In this document: positions 38,038 to 49,548 of the stretch, in pieces
Numbering within the stretch: the stretch's first letter is position 1
How the letters are laid out: every line of letters starts with the position of its first letter
Source: Cenococcum geophilum
Taxonomy: Eukaryota
Direction: 5' to 3'
DNA length: 64,000 nt
Assembly: GCA_050273025.1 (NCBI GenBank)
Contig: CP158636.1
Location: 6,510,001-6,574,000 of the forward strand
Position numbers and translations under genes: made by a program
Notes under the pieces: generated by a model
Told to the model about the DNA's origin: nothing
Database searches by the model: none
What the model saw: only the letters and a program-made list of their open reading frames with translations

Positions 38038-40560
38038 ATGGCCACAATATTCAGGCACTTCAAGCAGAAATCTGGTGCGGGTACAGGAAGCCAAGATGGT
38101 TCGAACACGGCAACCAGAACAGGCATAGAGTCTCCAATAGCTATTAGAGACGAGAAGCACGATCCCGAGGTGGCAGTCTCTGGGGATGGCGCTGGGCGTG
38201 ACGAGCCGGAGGACCTGGAGGAAGACGTTCGGGAAATACCTTTGGCGGTTCGTAGAATTGTCAGTTTAGAAGATGATACTACACTGCCAACTATCACATT
38301 TCGGTAACTCACTAATCTAGATGTACGTCCTAGAGTATCTGTAAAACTAATTCGAATTGTATAGTTATTTCGTTCTTACATTCGTTTTTACCGCCCCTGG
38401 CGCCTTGTTATACCAAATGAGCTATTACCGAACCACTGCTGCCCCGTACTCCGTCTTATTCGTCCTGATATGCTGTCATTACGCCGGTATTTGGCTTGCG
38501 AAAATACTGCCTACAAGAACAATCCGAATACCATTCACCAAATTCAGCTTCAGTATGAATCCAGGCCCGTGGTCCATCAAAGAGCATGTCCTTGTAACGG
38601 TGTCAGCTGCTTCGGGGGCCGTTTCGAACGCTGCTTGGGTGCCAATATCTCTTGCGAAACTTTACTACGGAGAAGACATCAATGCAGCGGCTTGTTTGTT
38701 CTTTATGTGGGCCATTGTATATATTGGATATGCAATGGCCGCTATTGCACGGCAATTCCTCATTTACGATCCCATTTATACCTGGCCTTACGCCCTAATG
38801 CAAACATCGCTGTTTGAGACATTCAAAAGGTCTGCCGAAGACTCGAAAATTGGGAGGAAGCAAAAACATGTATTTTTTGCAGTGCTAGTAGGCGCGGCTC
38901 TGTGGGAGTTCCTACCTCAGTACGTTTTCCCCTTCGTCAGCTCACTTTCGTTTTTATGCTGGGTGGCTCCAGAGAACCCAGTAGCCAACTTTATTGGTGG
39001 TGGTATTGGCGGTATGGGGTTCCTAAACCTCTCTTTGGATTGGACAAATATCTCCAACAATCTTTCAAACCCAATGATCAGTCCATTCTGGACAAGTGCA
39101 GTTCTCTTTGCAGCCTTTGTGCTAAACTGCTGGGTACTCCTGCCTGTAGCAAAGTGGGGCAGCCTTGGGGAATATAAGCACAATCTCATGTCGAATCGGC
39201 TCTTCCTCGCAAATGGGTCCAGATATCCCGTCACCGCATTGCTCGGCCCGAATAATACCTTAAATGAAACCGCGTACAAAGAGTACGGGCCGGTGTACAT
39301 GGGCACTCAGCAAGTCTGGGGCATGTTTTTCGACTATGCTTCGTACATATCCGCGTTGACATGGATGGCACTTTTCGGCTTCACCAAGATTCGGGAAAAC
39401 GTCAGGATTTTGATAAGTCGGGCAAGATCGAGGGGCTCGGAATCAGTAAATCATTCCTATACAGACCGACTTAATATCATTCAACGTTCGTATAAAGAAG
39501 TACCACTCTGGTGGTATATCGCCCTTTTCGTGGTTTCCTTTATTACAATAATCACGATTCTTGCCAAGGGCCTGTTCTTCATCCCGATATGGACCTTTTT
39601 CGTTGCCATCGGGACGTCTGGATTCATGATCTTACCTTTTGCCTGGCTCTATTCATTCACTAATTTTCAAGTGGCGATTGGGACGTTCAACGAGCTGATT
39701 TACGGCTACATGGTTCATGCTGGGTCTAGTCATCGGCATCCGGCAGGATCTTCTACATACGGTGCTATAGCAGGTGATATATGGTAAGTGGCTTATCTCC
39801 ATATAAGAAGCTGTTTATAATTTTAGCATCTAACGTATATTCTGAAGGTACCGGGCACAATACATGCTTCAGGATCAGAAAATTGGGCATTATATGCACA
39901 TTCCTCCACGAGATATATTCTTTAGCCAAATATTTGGCGAGTTGATTGGTGTTCCTATCAACTATGGTATCATACAGTGGGTTGTAAGTGCTAAAGGGCC
40001 CTATCTGCTGGGTGAAAAGAAGGATCCGTTGAACCAATGGACTGGTCAATCCCTGTCGAGTTACAACACTCTGTCAGTACAATATGTTCTCGTCGGGCCA
40101 AGTCGTCTTTTCAAAGAACATATATACAAACCACTACCATGGTCCTTCCTCTTTGGTGCCGGTGCACCATTGGTCCTGTACCTCCTTCACCGCGCCTTTC
40201 CGCGCGCCAAGTTTAATTTGTGGAATGTGACAATCTTTGCAAGTGGAATGAGCCAGTTCTACGGTAATTTGAGCACTGGGTACATCTCTAGGTTCATCGT
40301 AGGCTATATCAGCATGCGATACTTCTATAGGAAGCGGTTTGAGACGTGGCGGAGGTATAATTTCCAGATTGCAGCAGCCTTAGGTATGTTTCCCGTTACC
40401 CACAGGTATCATATAAGCTAACAATAGTTTATACACTGCTTTCAATGCCACAATGCTAATGGTCTTTGTCTTCTTCAGTTCGGGGAAGGTCATCTCTATG
40501 CCGAACTGGTGGGGAAATAATGCAGAGTCAGTGGAGCGGTGTTTTGCGCTGGATTCATGA
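38038..40560 (+). CDS. OPT-family oligopeptide transporter, four exons; last acceptor is non-canonical
   Basis: DD.TLPTITFR|YF, NPGPWSIKEH, YKEVPLWWY, QDQKIGHYMHIPPR and terminal MPNWWGN motifs. Confidence 0.93.
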
Positions 40561-41911
40561 TGACTTAGGCTTGGTAACTTGGGCGTTGCAACGTCTTGTA
40601 AGCATGACTAGTCTCATAAGTATTTGAAATGGTACTTACGAGAGAGGTTCGCTGTGTTTCTCAGATGTTAAGAGCGTGGTTCTGCTAACGTATGCGACGA
40701 CCCCCAGGTAGAGGAAAATCTTCGCGGGTCAAAGCTCTCTTCAAGCAGCTATTACTACTCAATATATATTTATGATCAGCATCTGAAAGAATTTGAATAT
40801 GTAAAAGCTAGGATACGTCTAATCCTATGCGTGACGTAAGTTTTTGCAAGGTCTAAATATGTTTCGGTAGAGCGTGGCAGGTTTCCTAGGCTTCGTAACA
40901 AAGTTGACATCCGCACCTGCTAATTGTCGCAATCGTATACAGTATCACGACAAGCACACGCTTATCCGGCCTCTGGGTACTCTTTACGTAGCACTGGAAT
41001 GATCGTTTAAGTGATATTTCGCGGCGACTCGCTCTTACTGGCGATCAATCAAGTAGTTAGAACAGTCCCTCCGCTGATCCGGGGTCGCCGGAAATCGGGG
41101 GTTGTAATACGTCCACTTGCGCTCTATCCGACAGCCCCAGTGTTTTGAGAACCATCACGAAAAGATCGTCGAAACATTCGATATACCTCTCACCAACATC
41201 GATGCGTCGGGTGATTGGCGGCCTGTTTCAAGGCCTCGGAGTGGTTGCGGGATCGGAAGCAGGGGTGATTTGAAACGAAACACCAAACGAGACCACCCAG
41301 ACTCGCACCTCCTTTCATTCAACTGACCCTCCTAGCTCCACCACTCATTCGCATCTATCCACATGAGCCCCGAAAGCATCAGCAATTGCAGGAAAAGTTG
41401 GATCTGACTCCTGCCAAAAAGTTCTGGCTCGTAAGGCTCTATGTCGCTTACTTCGGTATCTTCAAAGCAATTGGTTAACTCTTTGTTGTGAGCAACGTCG
41501 AATTCGTCCTCATAGCTTCCATGCATAATCTACGACTTCTTCCCTACCTTTACTTTTCATGAAGTTGAGCTATGCTATGTGAATGGTCCTTATCTGCCTA
41601 TTCCTGGAGACCCTGTGATAAAATCCTAGCTATGTGGAGGAACAGGGCAGGTTTTTGGAGAGAGCGCTGGTCAGAAAAACGGCTTACACTAAAACACCTT
41701 TTTTCCAGCACCTTTTTTTTCAATCAGGATATTAGACGAGCAACTGGGTGGAGTCATCCGTTCTACTCAACTTTAAAGTCTCCTTTGAGGATATTCACTC
41801 TTTTAAATTTTGCCTCAACTACATTCTTTTGGCAGTGTCATTCCTTTATCCTTTTGAAGCTGTTGCTCGGTCTGCAGGTACAAGGCTCGACTTCCATTCC
41901 TCCTGCAGACT

Positions 41912-42840
41912 ATGAAGGTTTCTAGAGTCCTTCAATCCGTCTTGCTCTTGTCTTTAGCCAAATTTGCAGTGGCCGGTAATCCTTCACCGCCCCTGCATCT
42001 CTCTGTATTCTCTCCTAGGCCGTTTTGAACAGGTCCACCTCATAAACCTAACGATTCCAATGACCATCCTGCACGGCCTGCTTATCATCGTCCTCTGCCC
42101 ATTCCATCTCCACATCGCCGAAACAATACTGGAGGAAACTCTAACTTCACTTCAACTGAATTGTTACCTGTGTCCGCTAAATATATCCAAAACACAGTGT
42201 TAATGTAAGCGAGTTCGACAGATTTGCATACCGTCCTACCCACGGCTGTGGGTCTTGTCACTCCCTCAAATATTACTGTCAGCGCACCCCCACCCCACTC
42301 CACCAACATAGCAAGCAGTATTAGCATGAGCACTAGACAACCTAGTGGCCTGGTATCGTTCCCTAGTCAGGGTACTGGGTTTCCAAGTGCAGTCAGACCT
42401 ATCCCTTCCTCGAATCTGACTATGAGCTATCCACTTCCTCCAAAATCTTCTCTCATGCCTTCAACTCTTAACTTTGCCGGTAGTGTGCTCAGAACTCGGA
42501 AACTCGGAAACCCTACAAGTGCCATCCAAACTCCAGCCACTACCGTCTGGACTACTGCTGTTTTTTACAGCACCACGCTTATCACCGTCACAAGCTGTGC
42601 TGCTGCTGTGACTGATTTTCCTGCTTCATCAACAGTCATCTTTACTTCCATTATTCCCGCTCATACAACAGTGTCCCCGACGGCATTTCAAGCATCAGCC
42701 GCAGAAGTCGGTCCAACAGCTTCAGTTAGAGGTACTTTTCCTACTGGCGCTGCAAGCTCAGGGTTCTACCCAGATCTGTGGAAACCATTCATTCCGCAAA
42801 CCTGACGATTAAGTACTCTCCTATCTTCCCTGGTTCATAG
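41912..42840 (+). pseudogene. Secreted Ser/Thr/Pro-rich cell-wall (flocculin-repeat-like) protein, probably pseudogenised
   Basis: ATG 41912 gives a signal peptide (MKVSRVLQSVLLLSLAKFAVAG). The same frame runs into ORF 42224-42805 through in-frame stops TGA (42026) and TAA (42206). Contains TTLITVTSCAAAVTDFPA. Confidence 0.65.
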
Positions 42841-42990
42841 CATCTCCTTATCTATGATCCTGCATTCTCGTTTTGTTACGTCCTGTTCGTGGCACTCAGG
42901 CTCTGGTAGCTTTTGTACTCGCTTAGCCCTCATCATCTTTGAGAACCTTCACCTTTGACTACCTTCAGTCCTCGATTACACGTTGGCTTA

Positions 42991-43547
42991 GGGAGTGTTC
43001 GGTTGCAATCTGAGGTTTTTTCAATCTGAGGTTGCTCCGTGCTTTCACCGGCGTCAACTAGTACATATTTAGCGGCGCTTGATCTGGTAGTCGTACTCGA
43101 TCTGATCTGAAGCCGAGTGTTCGGTTGAGCGCTCTAGAAAGCCTCAGATGAGAATTAGAATTAGCGAAGTCTCTGCACATTAATCACCACTCACCCAGAC
43201 GTCGCATAGGGCCTGCAGCTGCAGCAGCAATATCGTCGGTGGGAGGGGTGGTGGGGGCATACTGGGTAGGGCGGACGATTGGGCGCATACACGAGCAGAG
43301 CTCCAGATTCAATCTGGAATCTGGAACTGAAACTGAGGGCTCCTTATTGATCTGACGCCAAGAGCTTCAGTTCAACTACTATATACGGTATGGCGTGCGA
43401 ATTTAACGCGCTTGCCGATCTGGAGGAGCTTCAGATTGAAAAGTCGCCAGATACACCGAACACCCGCCTCCAGATCAGATTGGAGCTCCAGATCAATTCT
43501 GATCTGAAGGCTCCAGATCGCTTCTGAACCCCGAACCGAACACTTCC
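42991..43547. mobile_element. PIF/Harbinger-type (Tourist-like) MITE, 557 bp
   Basis: 14-bp TIR GG(G/A)AGTGTTCGGTT with 3-bp TSD TTA (42988-42990, 43548-43550). Many internal (G)ATCTG/CAGAT short repeats. Confidence 0.7.
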
Positions 43548-44235
43548 TTATCTATCTAAGCATGTCGTGAGTTCAGGCTATGCAACTTAAGCTGTCGATC
43601 ATGAGACTAGACCACCGTTGAGCTAACTAGAAAACATCTCAGGTGCTTGTGCTCTGTCAACCAAATGTCTCATTTAACCATTCCCTTCTACCTCTTAACA
43701 CCCTTCCCCGCTTCAAATGCACATCGGGCTTATATGGGAATGCTGCTTGGTACAACATATACAAGGTAGGGTGGCCATGTCTTTTCCGGAGCCTGATTCC
43801 ATGGCTGGCACCTCCAAGAGGCGTCTTGGTTGGCTGGGGGTTTAATTCCTTTTGAAGGTGGTGCAAGGGGCATTGGTCTAGGGGCTTCGTGCCCACTTAC
43901 TACTCACCCGAATGGGCCTTGGTGCTATGACGGGGATTCTATCAGGATTTCCAACAGCCATTTTCGAGAGCAGGCCACGATGCTTCGATAACCGCGTAGT
44001 TATCGATTGAAGGGTTGCTGGTGGGTTTATTTTGTTACGAGCTGTTAAGATTTGCGGATAGCATTGAAATGGGAAGGTTTTCTTGTGATCGTCTTGTACA
44101 TAATCAAATTTCTCTATGACAGCTATTCGAACGTGCTTATCATCTTTGATTGACCATTGTTTCTGTTTGTAAGCGCAATGCTGGTAGTTTGGTATTATCA
44201 AGGTACACCTCATAGAAACATAAAATCTGTGATAG

Positions 44236-45250
44236 TTATCTTCTGGCTCGCTTCGCAACGGCATTAGCGAGATAATTGCCAGGTATACGCCTGTGACCGG
44301 GCAACCAGTGAAGTTGTATTTGTATACCAAGAAGTTTTAAGGCATGCGCTTGCTAAACTACACCTTTAATCTCTGGTCGGAGTCTGAATTTATCTTCTGG
44401 CTGGAAGTTTAGCACCTTAGGAAGTGCGTTTTGTGAGTCAGAGTATGCCCACGATTGAGGGTATTGTACATGCGTTGTCGTATTGGATCCTCTCATAAAC
44501 AATCGTCATCGCTTGCATGATAGTTAAGGTTTCAGCGGCGTCCGATTTCATTCTTCGGGTTATATGGAAGCTGTTCATGATCCACTTTGCGGAGTGATCA
44601 CCGGGATATTCTTTATAAACGACTCCAATACCCGCGATGTCCCCCTTTGGAGCAGATGCACCAACCCAGAAAACCATACGATCCTTTTCCTTCCAATGTC
44701 TCTTCAACTCGTTTAGAGCATAGTCCATAGCGCCGAGGTGGTCGCGAATATAGATTTTGCCCGGAAAACCCGCTATTCCTTCGGAGACGTGATTTTCATT
44801 TCCAGTGTAAAGAGCGGATTCGCTAGGTGTTTTGATATCAATGTTGTGTATTTCGCACAGCATTTCTGAAGGCTCGAGTGATAGTAACCTTGGATAGTTG
44901 CGAGGAAGAATTGTGGTTGATATACCATGAAAATCGATTGCTCGTCTCCGGACTCTTGTTAGCTCACGAAGCATGCCAGCTTTCCTGATCAACTCATCCT
45001 CATAGACCCGGAAGCTCTCCCGGCTTCCTGAAACCTCGGCTCACTATTCATTAGTTAACGCTCCGGCGATATTGTCAATTTTAATGAGATCACTTATGAG
45101 TTCTTCGTCAGAGAAAATGTTGCGGCTCTGTAATACATTCTCTCTAGATTTGTTAAGCTGTATTGCCATCACTAAATGGGTATCTGCTGTATCAAAAACG
45201 TCCTGAGACTTGCCGAATGCTGCGATGAAAGGTTTAAGGACCTGGTCCAT
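44236..45250 (-). pseudogene. Stand-alone RNase H (type I, non-LTR-like) domain gene, pseudogenised
   Basis: One frame from ATG 45250 passes TAG-TGA (~45046-45041) into VFWV(G)AS..AGIGVVY..AETL.I.QA. After a frameshift at ~44443 it reads SDSQNAL...QLHWLPGHRRIPGNYLANAVAKRARR*. Confidence 0.75.
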
Positions 45251-45898
45251 TTTCCCAAGTCCGTCTAGTCGTAGCTAATCGAAGTGTGGTATCTTAAGTC
45301 GCGTATAGGAGGGTAAGATGCCAGGTGACTTAAGCAGTATTTTTAGGTTCTTCTAACCCGCGTTCAGTCATATTTGTGCTTATGTCAAAGTATGAGTAAT
45401 AAAGGATAAATATATAAGAAGTTTAGAGGCAGGAAGGTTAAAGGAAAGGTAACCTCCCCGCCTTGAGGTCAGAGTGCTGGGTTGTTTGCAGTGTTTGGTT
45501 ATTTAGTCAGCAGAAAAAGAGATATTTCGAATTTTATATTTCGAGGGCAAAGCAATTAATTAGTAGGGCGTTGATGATTAACTCTAGAATATTAAGATTG
45601 GGTTTCCGATATAAAGATTATGACCTGGTGTGGAAACTGACCAGGTGGTTTCGAGCGAGTGAGAGATCCTGGCACGGCTTGGCGAGCACAGAACACCAGC
45701 AACCTCGGGACTATTGCGCGTTGAAATAATTCGAAAAAGTGTCACCACGCCAGCATAGGCTTTTGAACCTCCTTGAATCACCTTATTGTGTCTGTCTGTA
45801 TCTTCGCCTGCATTGAGCACGCCCATACCGAACTTGGACCGGCTGATTCAAGCCACGTCTTCAAAAACACCCCTCTACACCACACATTGTGACCGAAG

Positions 45899-48800
45899 AT
45901 GCGCTTAGACGTAAAGGTGCGACAATGGCCGAGCTGGCCAATCCTCTTAAGTAGAATGCACTGGCTAATTCTTGTTTTGATGTGTAGAGGCAGCTCTTTG
46001 CGCGATCGGAGCGGGTTAAAGGTGAGCCTCCACCTAATTATTTCTAGCAATACCTTGGACTAACATAATCATAGGAATTGGTATTTACAATAGCCCAACC
46101 TGCACTTGGCAAGCTCCTCCTCTGACTCAACCTCAGATTTCCATCCAACCGAGCCATGGATCCTCACGACTTTGTATAGCGGTATGCGATATGGAAGCAG
46201 ACTGGAGAACACAAGCTGACGGAAGCAGGACATGTCTATATATGGTCATATGAGTCCCAGGCAATCGTCAAGACCTTCGAACTCACCGACGTTCCTGTAA
46301 GAGCTGGCCGGTTTATCGCAAGGAAAAATTGGATTTGCTGCGGTAAGACTGGTTTCTTTCCTAGTTCTAAACCATCAACGGCCGTGCCAGACAAGCTTGT
46401 TGGCAAATACAGTTCACTAACTTGTATCTTCTAAAGGTTCGGATGATTTCCAATTGCGAGTTTATAACTACAATACTAGTGAAAAGGTTACCTCATTCGA
46501 AGCTCACCCGGACTACATCCGTGCAATCGTCATCCACCCGACCCAGCCTTTCGTGTTAACCGCTAGCGATGATATGACAATCAAGCTCTGGGATTGGGAC
46601 AAGCAATGGAAATGCGTGCAGGTTTTTGAAGGACATTCGCACTACGTTATGGGCCTTGCGATCAACCCAAAGGACCCCAATACCTTTGCTTCCGCGTGTC
46701 TGGATCGGACTGTCAAGATATGGAGCTTGGGTAGTGCGACGCCTAATTTCACTCTTGAGGCCCACGAAACAAAAGGAGTCAACCATGTCGATTACTATCC
46801 TCAGTCTGATAAACCATATTTGCTTACAACAAGTGACGACAGAACCGTGAAAGTTTGGGATTATACTACGAAGGTATGGATACCAATTTTATTAGAACTC
46901 GTTTATCTGCGGTTCATTCATCTACTCCTTTTTTTTGGCAACAAACCTCAAATTCAGAGAGGTTGTAGAAATGCAATAGCCCCGTTCTACAGTTTTTGGT
47001 ACCATAGCCCATGCATTCACTTTCTAATATCTTTCCCTCCTTTACCGTTAGTTTTTGTTGACGCCAATACTATTCTCTGCTCTCGTTTATATTGGGTCAC
47101 GATTTGACCGAATATCTTAGGCGCTAATAGCGACACTGGAAGGACACACTAGTAATGTGTCATTTGCCTGCTATCATCCCGAGTTACCAGTTATCATTTC
47201 AGGATCCGAGGACGGCACAGTCAAGCTATGGCATGCTAATACCTACCGATTGGAGCAATCTCTTAGCTATGGGTTAGAGCGAGCATGGTGTGTTAGCTAC
47301 CAAAAGAAGAACAACGGAGTAGCGGTTGGATTCGACGATGGCGCTGTCGTGGTTAAGATGGGGAGAGAGGAACCAGCAGTATCCATGGACGGCTCCGGAA
47401 AGGTGATATGGGCCCGGCATACCGAGATTCTGACTGCTGTGATCAAAGGAGGCGACAAAAGTCTTAAAGACGGAGACCGCCTTACTCTTTCAACTAAGGA
47501 CCTCGGCTCAACAGAGATCTATCCGCAATCACTTCTTCACTCGCCGAACGGTCGCTTTGTCGCTGTTTGTGGAGATGGAGAATATATCATTTATACTTCA
47601 TTGGCTCTCCGAAACCAGGCATTCGGATCTGCTCTGGATTTCTGCTGGGCGTCGAAAGAGAACGACAAAGGTTGGTAGATTGCTGATCGGAGAAGATTCA
47701 CATCCCTGGTTTTGACCAAAATACTGATTTTAATCACGACATATAGATTATGCGATTCGCGAGTCCGCTACTAGCGTTAAGACCTTTAGATCCTTTAAGG
47801 AGAGGAGTGTCTTGAACGTAGGGTATTCTGCAGATGGCTTAAGTGGCGGTGTTCTTTTGGGCGTGAAAGGCCAAGGTGGTATTGGGCTTTTTGACTGGTA
47901 CGTTTCTTATTGTCAACATACTCTCTGAACGTAATTTGCCTAATCTATACATAGGGAAACTGGAAATCTCGTTAGAAGAATCGAAGTCGATCCAAAATCC
48001 GTTTACTGGTCAGAATCTGGAGAACTCGTGACTCTTGCCTGTGAGGAGACCTACTATGTGCTCCGCTACTCTCGGGAAGCATACTTGGCCGCGCTGCAGT
48101 CTGGCGAAGTCGACGAAGACGGCGCGGAATCTGCCTTCGAGGTTGTTTGCGATATCAACGAGAGGTGAGCGCAACCCTTCCCTTAGAATCTAAACAAGCC
48201 TTCTGATATACTCAATCTATAGCGTCCGTACCGGACAATGGGTAGGTGATTGCTTCGTCTACACCAACAGCACTAATCGCTTGAACTACTTGGTTGGCGA
48301 TCAAACATACACCATTAGCCATTTCGACTCCCCGCACTACGTTCTGGGTTATTTGCCCCGTGACTCCCGGATCTACGTTGCAGACAAGGATGTCAACGTT
48401 GTCTCCTTCGCTCTCTCCCTAGCAGTCGTCGAATACCAGACTCTCGTCCTCCGTGGTGACTTAGAAGCCGCAGAAGAAGTCCTGCCATCTGTCCCCGCAG
48501 ACCAGAACAACAAAATCGCGCGCTTCTTGGAAGGCCAGGGCTACAAGGATCTCGCGCTTAAAGTCGCCACCGACCCGGAACACCGATTCGACCTCGCGCT
48601 CGCGCTCGGCGATCTCGCTGAAGCCACGCGCCTGGCGCGCGAGCAGGATGCGGAGCACAAATGGAAGACGGTGGGCGACGCCGCGCTCACGGCCTGGGAC
48701 GTCAAACTCGCTCGCGAGTGCTTCGAACGCGCCAAAGACCTTGGATCCCTGCTCCTCGTTCTCTCCGCCACGGCTGACGAGGAGGGCTTGCGTTCGCTCG

Positions 48801-49204
48801 CTGCGCTGGCGCAAGACGCTACTACGAATAACGTTGCTTTCTCTGCGTTGTGGCAGCTTGGAGACGTCGAGGGCTGCATAGAGCTCTTGACGAAAACGGG
48901 CAGGAATGCGGAGGCGGTGCTGTTTGCGCAGACTTATATGCCTAGTAAGGCGCCTGCACTTGTTAAGAGCTGGAAGGAGGGCCTGGAGAAAGATGGTAAG
49001 GGCAAGGTTGGGAGATTATTGGGTGTCCCGCCGGTTGACGGTGAGGGTGATGAGGATATGTTTCCAGAATGGGAGGAATGGCTGAGGTTAGAGACGGAGG
49101 GTGGTGTTGTTGAGGGGACTTTGGTAGATGTGGGGGATGAAGAGGATGCAGAGGGGGAGATTGAGGGAGAAGAGGAGGCTGAGGATGAGGACGAGGATGA
49201 GTAA
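45899..49204 (+). CDS. SEC27: Coatomer subunit beta' (COPI), multi-exon with a 6-nt micro-exon
   Basis: [29 protein letters not shown]40 repeats ([22 protein letters not shown]), Coatomer WDAD region ([30 protein letters not shown]) and an acidic tail. Confidence 0.97.
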
Positions 49205-49548
49205 AGCTCACAGAGAGGAGCGCCTGAGAGGGCTTAGGCCAGGTGTGAATTGGCGTTGGGAGGACTGATGTGGTGTCTATGATTGCATGACACCGAGTGC
49301 TTCTTTTAATGTAGAGATGAATATCAGAGTCAGAAAAGTGTAAACCACAATGGGAGCTGAACTGAACCTAACTGTCTACATTATTCAGCCAACGTTCTTC
49401 CTCCTTGGGTTGTTAATAGAATAAAAGACATAAAAGGCATCTATTAAAGTTAAATGGCTACTTTATATTTTATGCTAGACGCTTCATTTAAAATAGATCC
49501 TTCTGTCAGCTTAGGGGTAAGACGAAGCCTTAGTAACTATTAATACTA

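Noticed and set aside
41332..41526. 64-aa acidic/hydrophobic minus-strand ORF
   Set aside because: May be a gene relic, but it is too short and has no recognisable family motif.
43643..44330. Overlapping ORFs downstream of the RNase H pseudogene
   Set aside because: No recognisable motifs; 43878-44330 partly overlaps the RNase H relic in another frame.
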